Source: Octopus vulgaris
Taxonomy: Eukaryota
Direction of reading: 5' to 3'
DNA: 64,000 bases
NCBI GenBank assembly: GCA_951406725.2
Contig: OX597829.1
Coordinates: forward strand, 26,598,001 to 26,662,000
Shown here: piece by piece, positions 29,210-43,357 of the stretch
Numbering within the stretch: position 1 is the first letter of the stretch
How the letters are laid out: every line of letters starts with the position of its first letter
Program-made: the position numbers and the translations under genes
Notes under the pieces: model-generated
Seen by the model: only the letters and a program-made list of their open reading frames with translations
Databases searched by the model: none
What the model was told of the DNA's origin: nothing

Positions 29210-29993
29210 GATCATATGTGTCTATGTATGCTAGATTTTTACGACACGTTTGAGAATTTACACACACACACAATCGCGCACGCACACACATTTGTAAACA
29301 AATGTATATTATAAGGAGCATATTATATGTATCTGCATGCTTGTAAATATTTATATATATAAATGCGAGTGTATACCCTCACACATACATACAAATATGT
29401 ACTGCACTCACACACACGCGCACACACACACATACACACGTAGGAGTTACCCAAATAAGCATAAAATTATGCGTAATTATAATATAATTAACCCGCCCTA
29501 GAAACACACTTGTTAATTACATAAACATGCCATATTTTGGAAACTCCGTATTTAACAAGCTGTGACCATATTAATTATATATTCATATATGTTTTTGTAT
29601 ATACACCATGGTATATACAAGCTTTTGTCTATGCATAGACACGCACACACACACACACACACATACACAAACACACACACATACACACAAATACACACAC
29701 ATACACACACACACACACACAGAAAAGATCACCATAATTATATGCTCGCATTAGACGGACGGTGTTTCTTTGGAACAGGTTTTGTACATCCCGACGACCC
29801 GTCTTGTCGTCACCCCTCACCCGTTTGCATGTTGAATAATGTCCAGATATGTTTTCACGGAAGACGGCAAAACAAAGGACACCGCTTGTATGAAGATGGC
29901 GCTAGTTTGGGACTATGTTTCCATGACAAGACAAGGACATACGCTTACACATATGCACGCACACATACATACATACATACATACATACATACA

Positions 29994-30029
<36 letters not shown>

Positions 30030-30047
30030 TATATACATACATATATG

Positions 30048-30117
<70 letters not shown>

Positions 30118-30171
30118 ATGCATGTATATATAAGATAAAACTTACTTGGAAATGGATGCGTGGCGTTCGAT

Positions 30172-30583
30172 CATATGATAATATAAGTAATATATATATA
30201 TGCATATATACATACATATATGTACACACCTATTTATATATGTATATGCACATGCATATATGGGTACAGGACGTCAAAGAAAAACGTGAACAACATGATA
30301 AACGAGAACAGGAAAAGCAAAAACATGGAAAACGAACTTTTTTTTTCGAAGAACGAAAGAAGCAAATAGAGAAACGTGACAGGCAACATAAGGAGCAATC
30401 CCTTCATCTGTTGCCCCCTGTTTAATCTACTCCGCGTTTGTTTTCCATGTTTCTGTCTTTCCTGTTCTCCTTTCTCATGTTGTTCACGTTTTTTTGACGT
30501 CCTGTACACATATATGCATGTGTAAATACATATATATGTTGGTGTGTACATATATGTATGTATATATGCATATATATATATTA

Positions 30584-30590
<7 letters not shown>
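30172..30590. repeat. Foldback element of a dispersed family (also 20030-20175, 31620-31800, 58250-58430)
   Basis: CATGCATATATGGGTACAGGACGTCAAA..AACATGGAAAAC is mirrored by GTTTTCCATG..TTTGACGTCCTGTACACATATATGCATG. Confidence 0.88.
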
Positions 30591-30655
<65 letters not shown>

Positions 30656-31349
30656 CTCTTATTCTGCAGTACTAAGTTACGAGGAAGTAAACACGCCAAC
30701 ACCGGTTGTCGAGCGATGTGGGAAGGATGGGCAAGCAAAAATACAAAGGTACACACGCACATCAATATAAATATATGCGATGGGCTTCCTTCAGTTTCCA
30801 TCTTATTTCAGTCTCCACTCACAAGATTTTGGTCGGCCCGATGTTATTGTAGAAGTTACTTGCCAAAGGTGCCTGGCAGTGGGACAGAACCCGGGATCAT
30901 GTGGTTGAGAAGCAAACTTCTAACCACAAAGTCATGCTTGCTCATTCATGCATATATATCATATGTATATGTGAAGGGATCCAACCAGGGGTTTTGCAAG
31001 ACCCTTAATACCAGGAACTTTTAGCATACACTCGTATACATACATTCATGCGCACATAAATACATACATAGGTATATGTACACACACACACACACACATA
31101 ATAATAATAATTATAACGACATAAAATATGGAGACTTGTTCATCCTTACGATCTATTTCCTTTTATTTTATAATTACATACAATACATTTTTATGGTTGT
31201 AACGACCTACACATGTCTCCACTGCATAAAGTACGGACAGTTGCACATGTAACCGTACACAATTTTCTTTGCAACTGTGTCTGTCCGTTTGGTCAGTTTC
31301 GAAAATATATTCCTCCAAACTCACAGTATATATACATATACATACATAG

Positions 31350-31384
<35 letters not shown>

Positions 31385-31440
31385 TATATATATATATGCA
31401 TACATACATACACACACACACACACATATATATATATATG

Positions 31441-31474
<34 letters not shown>

Positions 31475-31554
31475 CACATATATATATATATATACATATA
31501 TATACATATTCACACATAATTATGTAAATACATGTATATATATGTGTGTGTGCG

Positions 31555-31589
<35 letters not shown>

Positions 31590-32416
31590 TCTTTTTTTTT
31601 ACTTGTTTCAGTCATTTGCATATATGTGTACAGGACATAAAAAACGTTGACAGAATGAGAAATGAGAACATAAACAAAAACATAGGAAACTAAAAGTAAA
31701 TAAACAGAGAAACAAGACATGCAACATAAAGAATATTCCCTTCATCAGTTGTCCCCTGTTTTATATACTCCGCCTTTCGAAGGCAATGACAAGACGCGAC
31801 TTCGTTAAACCTGCCATTTCCGCAAAGCAAATTAAATAAAATTTTGGATTTTTTGCGGAGGGTGAATGTGGTAACAAAAACAGGACAGTGAGAACAAACC
31901 AGTAAAAACAAACAGTGAGGGCTGTTAAGCCAAGACGATGTGAAGTGCTGAACGCTGGAAAAATGAGCTTTGAGAAGAGACAGATAAAAGCACATCTTGT
32001 CTTAGGAAGGAAGTAGAAGAAAGAGAGAATGGCCGTTAGTCACGTGTGATCAGCGAGAGAGTCAAGGAGGAAGAGTGAGAGAGAGGAAACAGTGAAGTGG
32101 AGAGGAGAAGAATAGGGAAAGGGTGGGAGGGAAAACAGAAAGGAAGAACAAGAACGGGAGATAGACAGACAGAAAAGAGATAGAATAAGAGTGCGCATCG
32201 TAATTATTAAGATAAAACTTACTTGGAAAGGAATGCGTGGCGTTCGAGCATATAATATTTTCATTTTCTCTCCGTTTATTTTCTTCTATTCTTTTCTATT
32301 GAAGAGCATAGGCTAGAAACATGAAAGACTTTTTACATTTTGCTCGAGCGTCAAACTGATACACCTGTCTCCGTCTTTTGCTTTTCTATAAATTTCGGCT
32401 ATATATATATATACTT

Positions 32417-32539
<123 letters not shown>

Positions 32540-32707
32540 GATTAATCAGCCGAAATTGTGAGGATGATCCGGTTCTTGGCTGAGGATAAAAGGCTTCGAA
32601 TGACCCGTCCTTGTTTTTTTTTGTATCGTCTATCTGGATGTTTTGTTGTACATTTTTGTATCATCTAGTTGTCCGGATGTTTTGCGTTCTTGTCCCATTT
32701 TGTATTT

Positions 32708-32754
<47 letters not shown>

Positions 32755-32755
32755 C

Positions 32756-33404
32756 ATTTATCAATATTAGGGTAGCAAAAAATTCAATAGAAATTATTTT
32801 GCCACCAGCGGTCAAGTGAGAAAGAGGAAATAGTCAGAGACTATTAATAAATTCAACATAAATTAAATCAAGTCAATCTTCCAAGGGCCAACGCAATTCA
32901 TCAGTAAAGGAGCCAGGAGGGAGAGAAATTACACGAGGCAGCTACCTTAATGCCTCGGCAATATCTGACCTAAAATTTTCAAAATCATCGTACTCGCGCC
33001 AACTTATCGGCAGCAAATATAAACTGCCGATTCAATTTCGGAATTAATCAGAAAATTATCAATTTATCAATATTAGGGTAGCAAAAAATTCAATAGAAAT
33101 TATTTTGCCACCAGCGGTCTAGTGAGAAAGAGGAAATAGTCAGAGACTATTAATAAATTCAACAACAAATTGAGGAACGGCTATAATAGGCCGTTCGACC
33201 CACTAGAAAAAGCAGCCAGGGCTCAAACCGCAAATAGTAGTAATTCCGGAATCAGATGAAAAATTAAAAAAACATTTACCCTATTCATCTTTAGACAATG
33301 CATTGTTTAAGCGTTTTTTAATGGTAAACCAGCCTGATTAAATTAAATCAAGTCAATCTTCTAGTGGGTCGAACGGCCTATTATAGCCGTTCCTCAATTT
33401 GTTG

Positions 33405-33406
<2 letters not shown>
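32756..33406. mobile_element. (TA)n-embedded element with ~103-bp direct repeat plus 48-bp perfect inverted repeat
   Basis: Direct repeat at 32756-32858 and 33062-33163. Inverted repeat at 33161-33208 and 33359-33406. (TA)n on both sides. Confidence 0.85.
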
Positions 33407-33485
<79 letters not shown>

Positions 33486-34030
33486 TTCAAGTAGAACAAT
33501 TCAAACTTTTTGAGGAGCCCAAAAAGAGAGAAAATAATTTCTAATAAAAATTCATCTTATTCAGAAATATCCTGCTAGAGCAAGCAATAAGAATAAGAAA
33601 AATAACAATTGAAAAATTCTTTATAGGTATAAAGATACCAAAAGCAATTATAAAAATGGAGAAAAGTTGTCAAAAAACCAAAACCAGATTTAATAAGAAC
33701 ATAAGTTTCAAAGGGCAATATAAATATGTAAAAAAAGATTATAATAATAATAACTATAACTAAAGTTATGTATTGTCATTCTCATCTGTGTAAAGAATTT
33801 AAGGAAACAAAAAACCCAAAAGTAATTACTAAAAATCAATAAGGAAAAACAACTGGGATAATATATGTGTGTGTTTGTGGGTGGCGGAGTGAGAGAAAGT
33901 TTGAATTCAACTTCATCCTTTTACTTTGGTGGGGGGTCCAAAGTTAGATTTGTAATAAAGATATTTCATATTACATTTGTAGCTAACTATTGTAAGTTTG
34001 TTTTTTTTTAATATGAAAATGTTACATTGC

Positions 34031-34551
34031 TATGAGCATCAATAGAACACGTATCCTATATAAACTGAACAAACAATTAAAGATGGAGAAGAGTTTTATA
34101 AAAATTTCAAAATCTTTTCTCAATCTTTAATTGTTTGTTGAGTTTATATAGGACTAGCAGTATCGCCCGGCGTTGCTCGGGTTTGTAAGGGAAATAACTA
34201 TAAAGCATTTTTAGAGAGTTATAGCCAAAAAAATGGAAAAAAAATTATGGTAAATTTTTTTTTGAGAGTTAAAACGGTCGAGCTGCGTCCCCTAGACAGT
34301 CTGTGGTTTGTGTTTCTGATTCTCGACCCCATGTCGAATTTATTGATTTTTTTCAGAACTGGGGGAACTTTTCAAAATTTTCTCTGCGTTAGTTTTGAAT
34401 TATGACATTGGGCTATGTGTGTGTTAAGTTTCATCAGAATCGGTTGAAAGCCGTGGTCAGGGTGAGGGTACAAGCAAACAGACACACAGAAACACACACA
34501 GACAAACTGCCGTTTATATAGAGAGAGATACGTGTTCTAGTGATGCTCATA
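34031..34551. repeat. Foldback element interrupted by a Helitron
   Basis: Left arm TATGAGCATCAATAGAACACGTATCCTATATAAACT.AACAAACAATTAAAGAT. The right arm is split at 34153/34529. Confidence 0.9.
34154..34528 (-). mobile_element. Non-autonomous Helitron
   Basis: Minus strand: A|TCTCTCTATATAAA...CCCGAGCAACGCCGGG hairpin, CGATACTGCTAG|T. Removing it restores the host palindrome exactly. Confidence 0.93.
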
Positions 34552-35180
34552 ACACACCTTCCTTTCAGTTTCCGGTCATCATATCTGCCCTCAGGATTTT
34601 GATCGACCCGATGTTACAGCAGAAAACACTTGCTGAAGGTGTCACATAGTGCGACTAATTTCCAGAATCATGTATTTCAGAAGCTAACTTCTGTCCACAG
34701 TCACTTGTATATACATATATGTGTGTATGTGTGCAGGTGTTTGTGTGTATGTATGTGTGTGTGTGTATGTGTGTGTGTGTGTGCGTGCATGTGTGTGTAT
34801 GTGTGCGAGTGTGTGTATGTGTGTCTGTGTGTCTGTGCTTGTACTTGTCCCTCACCACCGCTTGACAACCAGCTGACTAGAAAGATAAAATAAGTCCCAG
34901 GGTTTAAAAAAATAGATCCTGGAGTAGATTTGTTCGATTAAAACTCTTCCAAGATGGCGCCCCGGCATGGCCGCAGTCCAATGCCTGAAGCAAGAAAAAG
35001 ATAAAAACAATTACCATATTTATAATAAGTACATATTTATGTTATTATAATATATATTTGCATAGATTTATAAAATATCTATGTGTATGTGAATTTATAT
35101 ATATATATAAGCTCACATATGTGTGTATACACGAAGATAATATATATGTGTATATGTATATGTGTGTATATACATGTATG

Positions 35181-35218
<38 letters not shown>

Positions 35219-35758
35219 TATATATATCGACGCAAATATCATGCGTACATATATGTGTGTGCGTGTGTGCGTGCGTTTGTGTGTGCGTGTACGCATCATA
35301 TTTGCCTCGATATATATATGAGTGTATGTAAGTATGTATATATCTATGTATACACCCACGTATACATAAGTAGCTATATATATAACAATATTTATGGGCT
35401 GATTCTTTCTCACAATTTATCGCTAAATTCCATCACAGTCGCCGAGTGCACGTTTGAATCTACACCTCTCCACATATAAATCATAATGTTTAAAATGTTT
35501 ATATGTGTGTTGTGTATGTGTGTGTGTGTGAGTTCCTGTATGCATAGGCGTATGTGTTATGTACGTATGTATATATATATATATGTGCGTGCGTGCGTGC
35601 GTGTGTGTGTGTGTGTGTGTGAGAGAGTGTATGTGTGTGTGTATATATATTTCCATATATATAAATTGATATGTACGTGTAAACATATATGTTTGTGCAT
35701 GTATGTATATAATATATATATATAAATACATATGCACATAGACACGCATATATATATA

Positions 35759-35794
<36 letters not shown>

Positions 35795-36127
35795 TATATA
35801 TGTCCCTTCCCTTGTGTGAAACGGAAGTACAAATGTTGCAATCAAGTTTTTATTTGTTGTGTGTATGTGTGTGTGTATGTGTGTGTGTGTATGTTGCTTA
35901 TAATGTCTGTGTAACTACCTACCCACCTGCCTCCCTTCTTTCTCTTTGTTTTCCTTCATTTCTACCTAATCTCTCTATACGTCTATCTCTTTAGCCATCT
36001 ACATATTTGTCTATCTTCCTCATTTGTCATCACCTTCAACTACATACTTTCAGAACTACGCATACAACCAACCATCAACTCATCTTCATATTTTCTTACC
36101 TATGTCTTCTTTCTTTCTTCTTCACAG

Positions 36128-36984
36128 ACCAAACATTTGGAGAAGTGAACCAGCTTGGTGGAGTTTTCGTGAACGGAAGACCGTTACCAAACGCCATAAG
36201 GATGCGCATTGTGGAGTTGGCGCAGCTAGGCGTGAGGCCCTGTGACATTAGCAGACAGCTTCGAGTTTCCCATGGATGTGTTAGCAAAATTCTAGCTCGT
36301 TATAACGAGACGGGTTCGATACTCCCTGGTGCCATTGGTGGAAGCAAGCCACGTGTTACGACGCCGAATGTTGTAAGGCATATAAAAATTTATAAAGAGA
36401 AAGACCCAGGGATTTTTGCGTGGGAGATTCGGGATAAACTTTTAGCTGATGGAATTTGCGATAAATTTTCCGTCCCTTCTGTGAGTTCAATCAGCAGGAT
36501 TTTAAGAAATAAGATCGGAAATAATAATAATAATAGTAACAATAATAATAATAATTCTAGTACATCCATTCATACGACTGCTCAATTTGAAAATAGAGGG
36601 GGTGTGACTCCTAATACAACACCACCCGCTGCTGCTTTGTATAATCCACATCAGTTCTATTCATACACTTGTCCAGGAGGCCAGGGAATATCTTCCCTCC
36701 CTGGTGTACCAGGCCCGCAAATTTCAACCCATTCTCAAGCCGCTTCTGCGCATAATGTTAGCTTTAAGCAGAATTCAGTGTCGTCTGTTGCTCCGTGTAT
36801 GATGAGAGCCTGGCCATCATCTCATTCTGTAAGCGATATTTTGGGAATTAACGTACGTCAGCCGTTGTCCATGGCACAATCAGGCCCTCCGGCACATATG
36901 GAGACAGCACTTGCTCAAAATTATAACTATTATGGAGTTAATATTAAAGCGACAGCAGTATCACCAATGTTTTTGCAAAGTTGA
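36128..36984 (+). CDS. Pax1/9: Pax1/9 (Pox-meso) paired-box transcription factor, main/terminal coding exon
   Basis: Polypyrimidine tract and TTCACAG acceptor (AG at 36126-36127, phase 1). Full paired domain (D)[58 protein letters not shown]...[16 protein letters not shown]. Group-I octapeptide HSVSDILG, no homeodomain, TGA at 36982-36984. Confidence 0.97.
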
Positions 36985-37039
36985 AAAAAAAAAATTTTAA
37001 ATGCATTAGAATTTATAAACTATGTGGGGAAAACAATTT

Positions 37040-39400
37040 ATAAAAGAGATTCCGTGATTGATTTCAAAAAAAGTAAAGTGTTTACGGTTTTGATTTTTCA
37101 AGGAAAACAAAAAAAATAGTTATATAACAAGAATTTCAAGAGTGAGTTAAAAAACAGAAAAGTTACTTTTAAAAACTGCTAAAACGCAGTTACCTTTCGG
37201 GGAAAATAGACAAAAAAGAGGGATTCCGTCATTGATTTTAATAAAGAGAAACTGGTTTACGACCTTCACATTCAAGGAAAACAAAAAAACTTATGTAACA
37301 AAGGTGTCATTACTGATTTAAAAATAGAAAAGTTACGTTTAAAAACTGCCATAAAACGCAGTTGATTTTTAAGGGAAATAGAAAAAGAACGGTTATATAA
37401 AAGCGAAAAATCCATAGCCTAAAACGCATTTTAAAATGTTATTAAAATCTTAAATGATTTGTGTAAAAGGTTCGCAAGGAAAAGGAGGCGCACTTCTCTT
37501 TGTTAAAAAGTTTTTTATCGGAATGATTTTTTTAAATCAAAAAACAAATACTTACGTTTAAAAACTGCTATAACGCGCAGTTGGCTTTCTGGGGAAATAG
37601 AAAAAAGTATACGAAACAGGGATTCAATGATTGAGTTTACGGTTTAAACTTTCAAAGTAAAACAAAAACTGTTAAGACTGTTATACAACAAAATATTCTT
37701 TGATTTAAAAGCAGAAAAGCGTTTATGGCTTTAACATTCAAGAAAATAGAAAAACTTTTGCAAAACAAGTATTTCAAGATTGATTTTTAAATAGTACAGC
37801 GTTTATGATCTTCCTTTATAAGGGAAAACAAAAAAAAAACTCTTATCAGACCTCATTTAAAAAGAAAAAATTCAGGAAAATTTGTGTTTTAAAAAATTTT
37901 GATCAGAAAATTTACCCGAGCAAAAACAGAAAACTGTTATGAAACACGTTTGTCAATAATTGATAAAAAAAAAAGAATTCTGAGAAATGGTAATAAATGA
38001 AAACACTGCGAACTTTTAAACAGTTTTTAATTGACAAGATGATATTTGAGCACCGTTAATAAACGAAAATTAGCATTTAGAAAATTGAACAATCCTGTAA
38101 TAAAACATGCATACTCCATAATTGATTTAAAAACAAAGGAAGCATTCTGGGAAACTGTAATAATTCAGTTTAGACTTCCATGGAAAAAACCGCGTACTTT
38201 TAAACAGTATTTTAATCGCCGAGAAAATCTAACGTTTAATAACATTGTTATTAAATAAAATAAGCATTTAGAAAAGAAAAAATATTTGACTTATGAAATA
38301 CGGATGTCCAAATATATTTTTAAAAGCAGAAAACTTTCAGAAAATTTGTTCGTGACATTCAGAAAATTTGTCGTGACATTCAGGAGAAAAATTGCTGATT
38401 TCTGTTTTTCTAAAATCAGAAACCAACAGCTTTCTTGGAATCCGCTCTCAATTGTCTTAATATATGCTAAAAAGAAAACAAAAGTTCCTCGCAGAAGAAA
38501 AAGTACTATGGTGCGGACTTGAGTTCCAGGAGAAAAAGTACAGAAAAGTTGCTACGGTACGAATTTGATTTTCTGGGAAAAGAAACAGAAAAAACTCTTT
38601 TAATGAAAATCATATATCAATTTTTTTTTCTCTAATGTAAAATCCGAGCTAAAATTTGCTCCGATGCATGTTCATTTTTTCTGCACAAAAGAAAAAAATG
38701 CTATGATGTGGACTGGTCCTTTTAAAAAAAATTAAAACTGCATTTCAACAAGAAAAAAAGATTTTTAAAAATAACAGAAAATGGTTCATGAAAACACAAA
38801 AAACTTCACAAAGAAGAAAAGGGCGGTACAAGAGTGAGAAAGAAAAGTACAAAACAGTAGACACCAAAGAATAAACAAGGAAAGATTCACAATCACGGAA
38901 GAAAACTTGTAAAACATTGAAAGCAGTTTACAAAGCATAAAGTTACTATAACTGATTTGAATATTAAAAATCAGTTGTTAATAACTTTGAAAGAGATAAG
39001 CTTTTCAAAGGACTTCTGGTTGAGGGTTTGATTTTCAACACGAAAAAAGAAAAAGCGTAACAAAAACAGAAAAGGCAAGCAAAGGCAGGAAAAGATGCGC
39101 AACAACAGAATAGGCAAAAAAAAAAGCAGTAAAAGGTTTACATTTACGAAAATAATATCAAAAACGTTTTGCAAAAACAGATAAATTTTCTGTAATATAT
39201 GACCGTTAAAAATTAAACGTTTTAAAAGGGATAAGCTTTTTAAAACACTTCTTCGGTGAGTGTTTGGTTTTCAAAAACAAAAAAAAAACAGGTTTGATGA
39301 GGGTTTGTGTACCTTTATATTCTCAGAATCCGCGAATCCGCCCTGAATTTTCTTCCATGAATGAACAAAAATATTCCCCACAAACGATGACAAATAAACT
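37040..39400. repeat. Degenerate A-rich minisatellite directly 3' of Pax1/9
   Basis: Recurrent GATTCCGT..TTGATTT, GTTTACG..TTCAAGGAAAACAAAAA and AAAAACTGC.A.AACGCAGTT blocks (first period ~175 bp), decaying distally. Confidence 0.7.
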
Positions 39401-40287
39401 GTTATTATAACTGATTTAGCCAGTTTTAAAAAATCATGAATTATTTATAATTTTTAATTTGCTTCAGTCTTTGGACTGCAGTCATGTTGGGGCATCAAAT
39501 TGAAAGGTTTAGCTGAACAAATTAGTCCCAGTACTTATTTTTAAGTATGGTACTTATTCTACTGTTTCTTTTGCCAAATTTCTAATGCACCGAGACATAA
39601 AGATAAACGCACGCACGCGCACACACACACACACACATCTTTACGACGGACTTGCACACAGCATTCATCTGCTAAGTTCACTCACAAAGCATTTTTGGGC
39701 CCGAAACTACAGTAGTTCGAGGTGCCGCCTAAGAGGACTGAACCACATGGTTGCAAAGTAACCTCCTTAAATACTATGTTGCAGCGATTTCATTTTCAGA
39801 ATTTTTTTAAAAAATCACAAAAAAACCCGAAAAACACTACAAAAACTGCTAAAGTGTGGATTTGATTTTCAGATAGAGGAAGCTGAAAATTTGTCCAGAA
39901 TTCTGTTCATTAATAAACAGAAAAAATTCCATGCAAAAGGTGCCAAAAATCTTTTATCACAAATGACTTCAACTTTTTTTTAAAATATCCTTATTGCTTT
40001 GAGTTTCCTCTCCAGACAAAAACTTTTTTGCTGCGGTTTTATATTCAGAATAAAAAAAAAAGTACTGAAGTAACATTATCAGAATCCGATCTGAATTAAT
40101 CTTATCTGAAAATAGAAAATAAATCCACGCAAAACGTTAAATACTACAAAAATGCAGACTTGATTTTCAGATGGAAACTATATTCAGATTTAAACATTAT
40201 AAAAAAAATCGTCAATAGTGAACGGTTAAAGAAAAAAAAAATGCTTTCCCTTTCACCCAAAACTGTTTTTCTGCCGTTATATTTCTA

Positions 40288-40524
<237 letters not shown>

Positions 40525-41484
40525 GATTATAAGGACTGATGCATATCATAGGAATCCATCTAGAAACTTATTCAAAAATATACAAAATACTTCGCTGCAA
40601 ATGGTGAATGTAAACTGTTGCAGCGTGGGCTTGGCCTTCAACGAGAAGAAACAGAAAAACTATGATGAATGCCTCATCTTTTCTGATGGCCATAAGATGG
40701 CGTCAAAACAGAATGGGTATGTTAGGAAAGACAAAAAAGTTCTACTTTCAAGTCAATGTTATTAAAAAAAAATCCAGGATTTAAATATATAAAACAGAAA
40801 AGAGATAGGATTTTTTTTTAAAAAAGCAGTGAATACTCTTTAAAAACTGTTATAATGCACGTTTGAGTTTAAAAAAATAGAAAAATATAATATTGATAAA
40901 TGCGAGTTGCCATTTTTAATAAAATTTTAAAAAGAAAGCAAATGTCATTTCCCTCCCCTCCACACACACACATATACACAAAACTTTTTCAACGTTCCTC
41001 TCAAAAGGAAACTCATAAAAACTTGCTATCATACCAACTTTTTATCCTCATCCTCGATTCAGTGTCTACTTTTCTATGCTTGCATGAGTCAGACGGAATA
41101 TATTGAAGCAGATTTTTCTACGGCCGGATGAAATTCCTTTCCACGCCTCTCACCTCTCACATTACTTTTCTAAGTAATGCAATATTTCCTTCGTGGCCGA
41201 TCATGTTTTCCAGAGAAAATACGAAATGAGAGACATTGCTTGTATGACATGACACTTGTTTACATTTATTGAGCGATGTGAAAACTAGACAGAAACATAC
41301 ACACAGTTACACACAAATGTATACATGTATATATGCATATATAGGGAAAAACATATGTATATACGCAAGGGTGTTTTCGGGTTCAGTCCCATAACGTGAT
41401 ACCTTGGACAAGTGTCTACTTCTGCAGCCCAAGCTGACCAGAGCCTTTTGCGTAGATTAGGAAGATGGGAACTGAAAAAAAGCC

Positions 41485-41536
<52 letters not shown>

Positions 41537-41606
41537 GCATTAGATGCATGAATATGTGTATACATATGCATAGATGCAATACTAATACGTATGCATGTAT
41601 ACATAT

Positions 41607-41643
<37 letters not shown>

Positions 41644-42423
41644 CAGGAAGTCAGGAGATATGGGTGGTAAATATATATTTATTTATCCACATGATTTCCA
41701 TAAAGTTAGGGTCGTTTAACAACCATCTTCATGTAGTACAAATTCCAGCATGAAAGAAATAATGCGTTCATATTTGCATTAACATCTATGTTCAGTATTA
41801 TACAATACAATCGTATATTCACAAATTAATGCAAATAAATAATAATAAAAAAAGACCGCTCGTCAGATCACCTGAACGTCATGGTTACACCAACAATTCA
41901 ACTTTAACCGTCATACAAAGGAATGTCCTTTGTTTCAATCATCCATGCAAAGATGTCCGACCACGGGGAAATATGTTTACACGGAAGCATGTGAGCGTTG
42001 GCAACAGAAAGTGCGTCCGCCGTAAATATCTACCCACCGACCCTTGCGAACATGGAAAAGTGGACGTCAAAACGATGATGAAGAAGAACAAAAAAGTTCT
42101 TTAAAAATATAAATAAATATGTTGAATTACCTCCACCTAATTTTTACAGATGTCACCTACTCTTCCTTTCTCCCTACCTTCCCTGCTAACCCTCCCTTAA
42201 TTATTGTTCTTTATTATATTTACACTTAACCCAGTCCCTGTTTCTAACCATCCCTCATTCTCCCATACACTCTTGCAATCTGTACTCACTCACACTTCCT
42301 GTTCTCTTGTCTTCATTCACTTCTGTTCACCTCATATCATTGAGGTTCACTCTGACACATCATCTCCACTATTTTGATCTCTTTCTAGTTCCAGCCGGCC
42401 ACGCCTACTCTCTCTCTCTCTCC

Positions 42424-42468
<45 letters not shown>

Positions 42469-43300
42469 ATGTGAGTAGACACGTAGTGCTTCTACAACAG
42501 GAGACCTGGTATTCAGGTCCCTTCTTGCATTATTTAACTCCTGATCTCCGAGGAAAATCTGCCCCTATCTCTACTGTAGCTACACACAGTCGAGGGAGAC
42601 CTTAGTCTTACAAGATACACGGTGACCTCACTAGTGTTAATGCCACGAAAAAAATCACCCAGTATACATAATAAAGTAGTTAGCATTAGAAAGGGTATAC
42701 AGCCATGCTGAAGAAGTTACTGGAGTACGATGCAGTTTTTCCGACCCTTCAGATCATGTGAAACCGCCTAACCTATAGAACAGAGTTGGTAACAGATCAT
42801 GAAGATGTTTTATACATACATGAAGGCGCGTGTCTTAGTGGGCTAGGTGATCGCTCGCGGTCGTGAGTTCGGTTCCCGGCGGTGCATTATGTCACGTCGC
42901 TGCAGTTCGCTCATCTGGCAAAAAAGAGTTGTACCTGTAATTCAAAAAGGACCAGTATTGTCACATTCTGTGTCACGAATATGAGTAGACCTGTAGCTCT
43001 CTTTCAGCAAAAAAAAACTGCTCTCTTCTGCTTTCTTCTCTCTCACTTTAACCCCTCAGCCCATAACACAGAGCCTTTTCTACTGTAGCCCTTCACAGTC
43101 ACAGGAGATCTTAGTCTTGCAGGCTGAATAGCGACCTCACTACACCTGGTGTTATAAAAAAATATAGTATCCATTACATTCTATAAAGTGACTGGCGTTG
43201 GAAACCATGTCAAAGTAGATATTGGGGCATATATCGTCTCCAGACCTGTCGGATCTTGTCAAATAGTCCAGCCCACGCCGGCAAGGAATATGGATGTTAA

Positions 43301-43357
<57 letters not shown>

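Noticed and set aside
30259-30270. ATGG|GTACAG as the missing Pax1/9 start exon
   Set aside because: It lies inside a dispersed repeat family (also at 20155 and 58282) and has a poor donor context.
31735-31785. Permuted (type II) hammerhead, GAAA...CTGATGA on the minus strand (family also at 20030, 30400, 58390)
   Set aside because: The core words are present, but no convincing stems I and III could be formed.
36007-36127. N-terminal extension of Pax1/9 suggested by the ORF track
   Set aside because: It starts at TTG and is a pyrimidine-rich intron end with a canonical acceptor at the conserved position.
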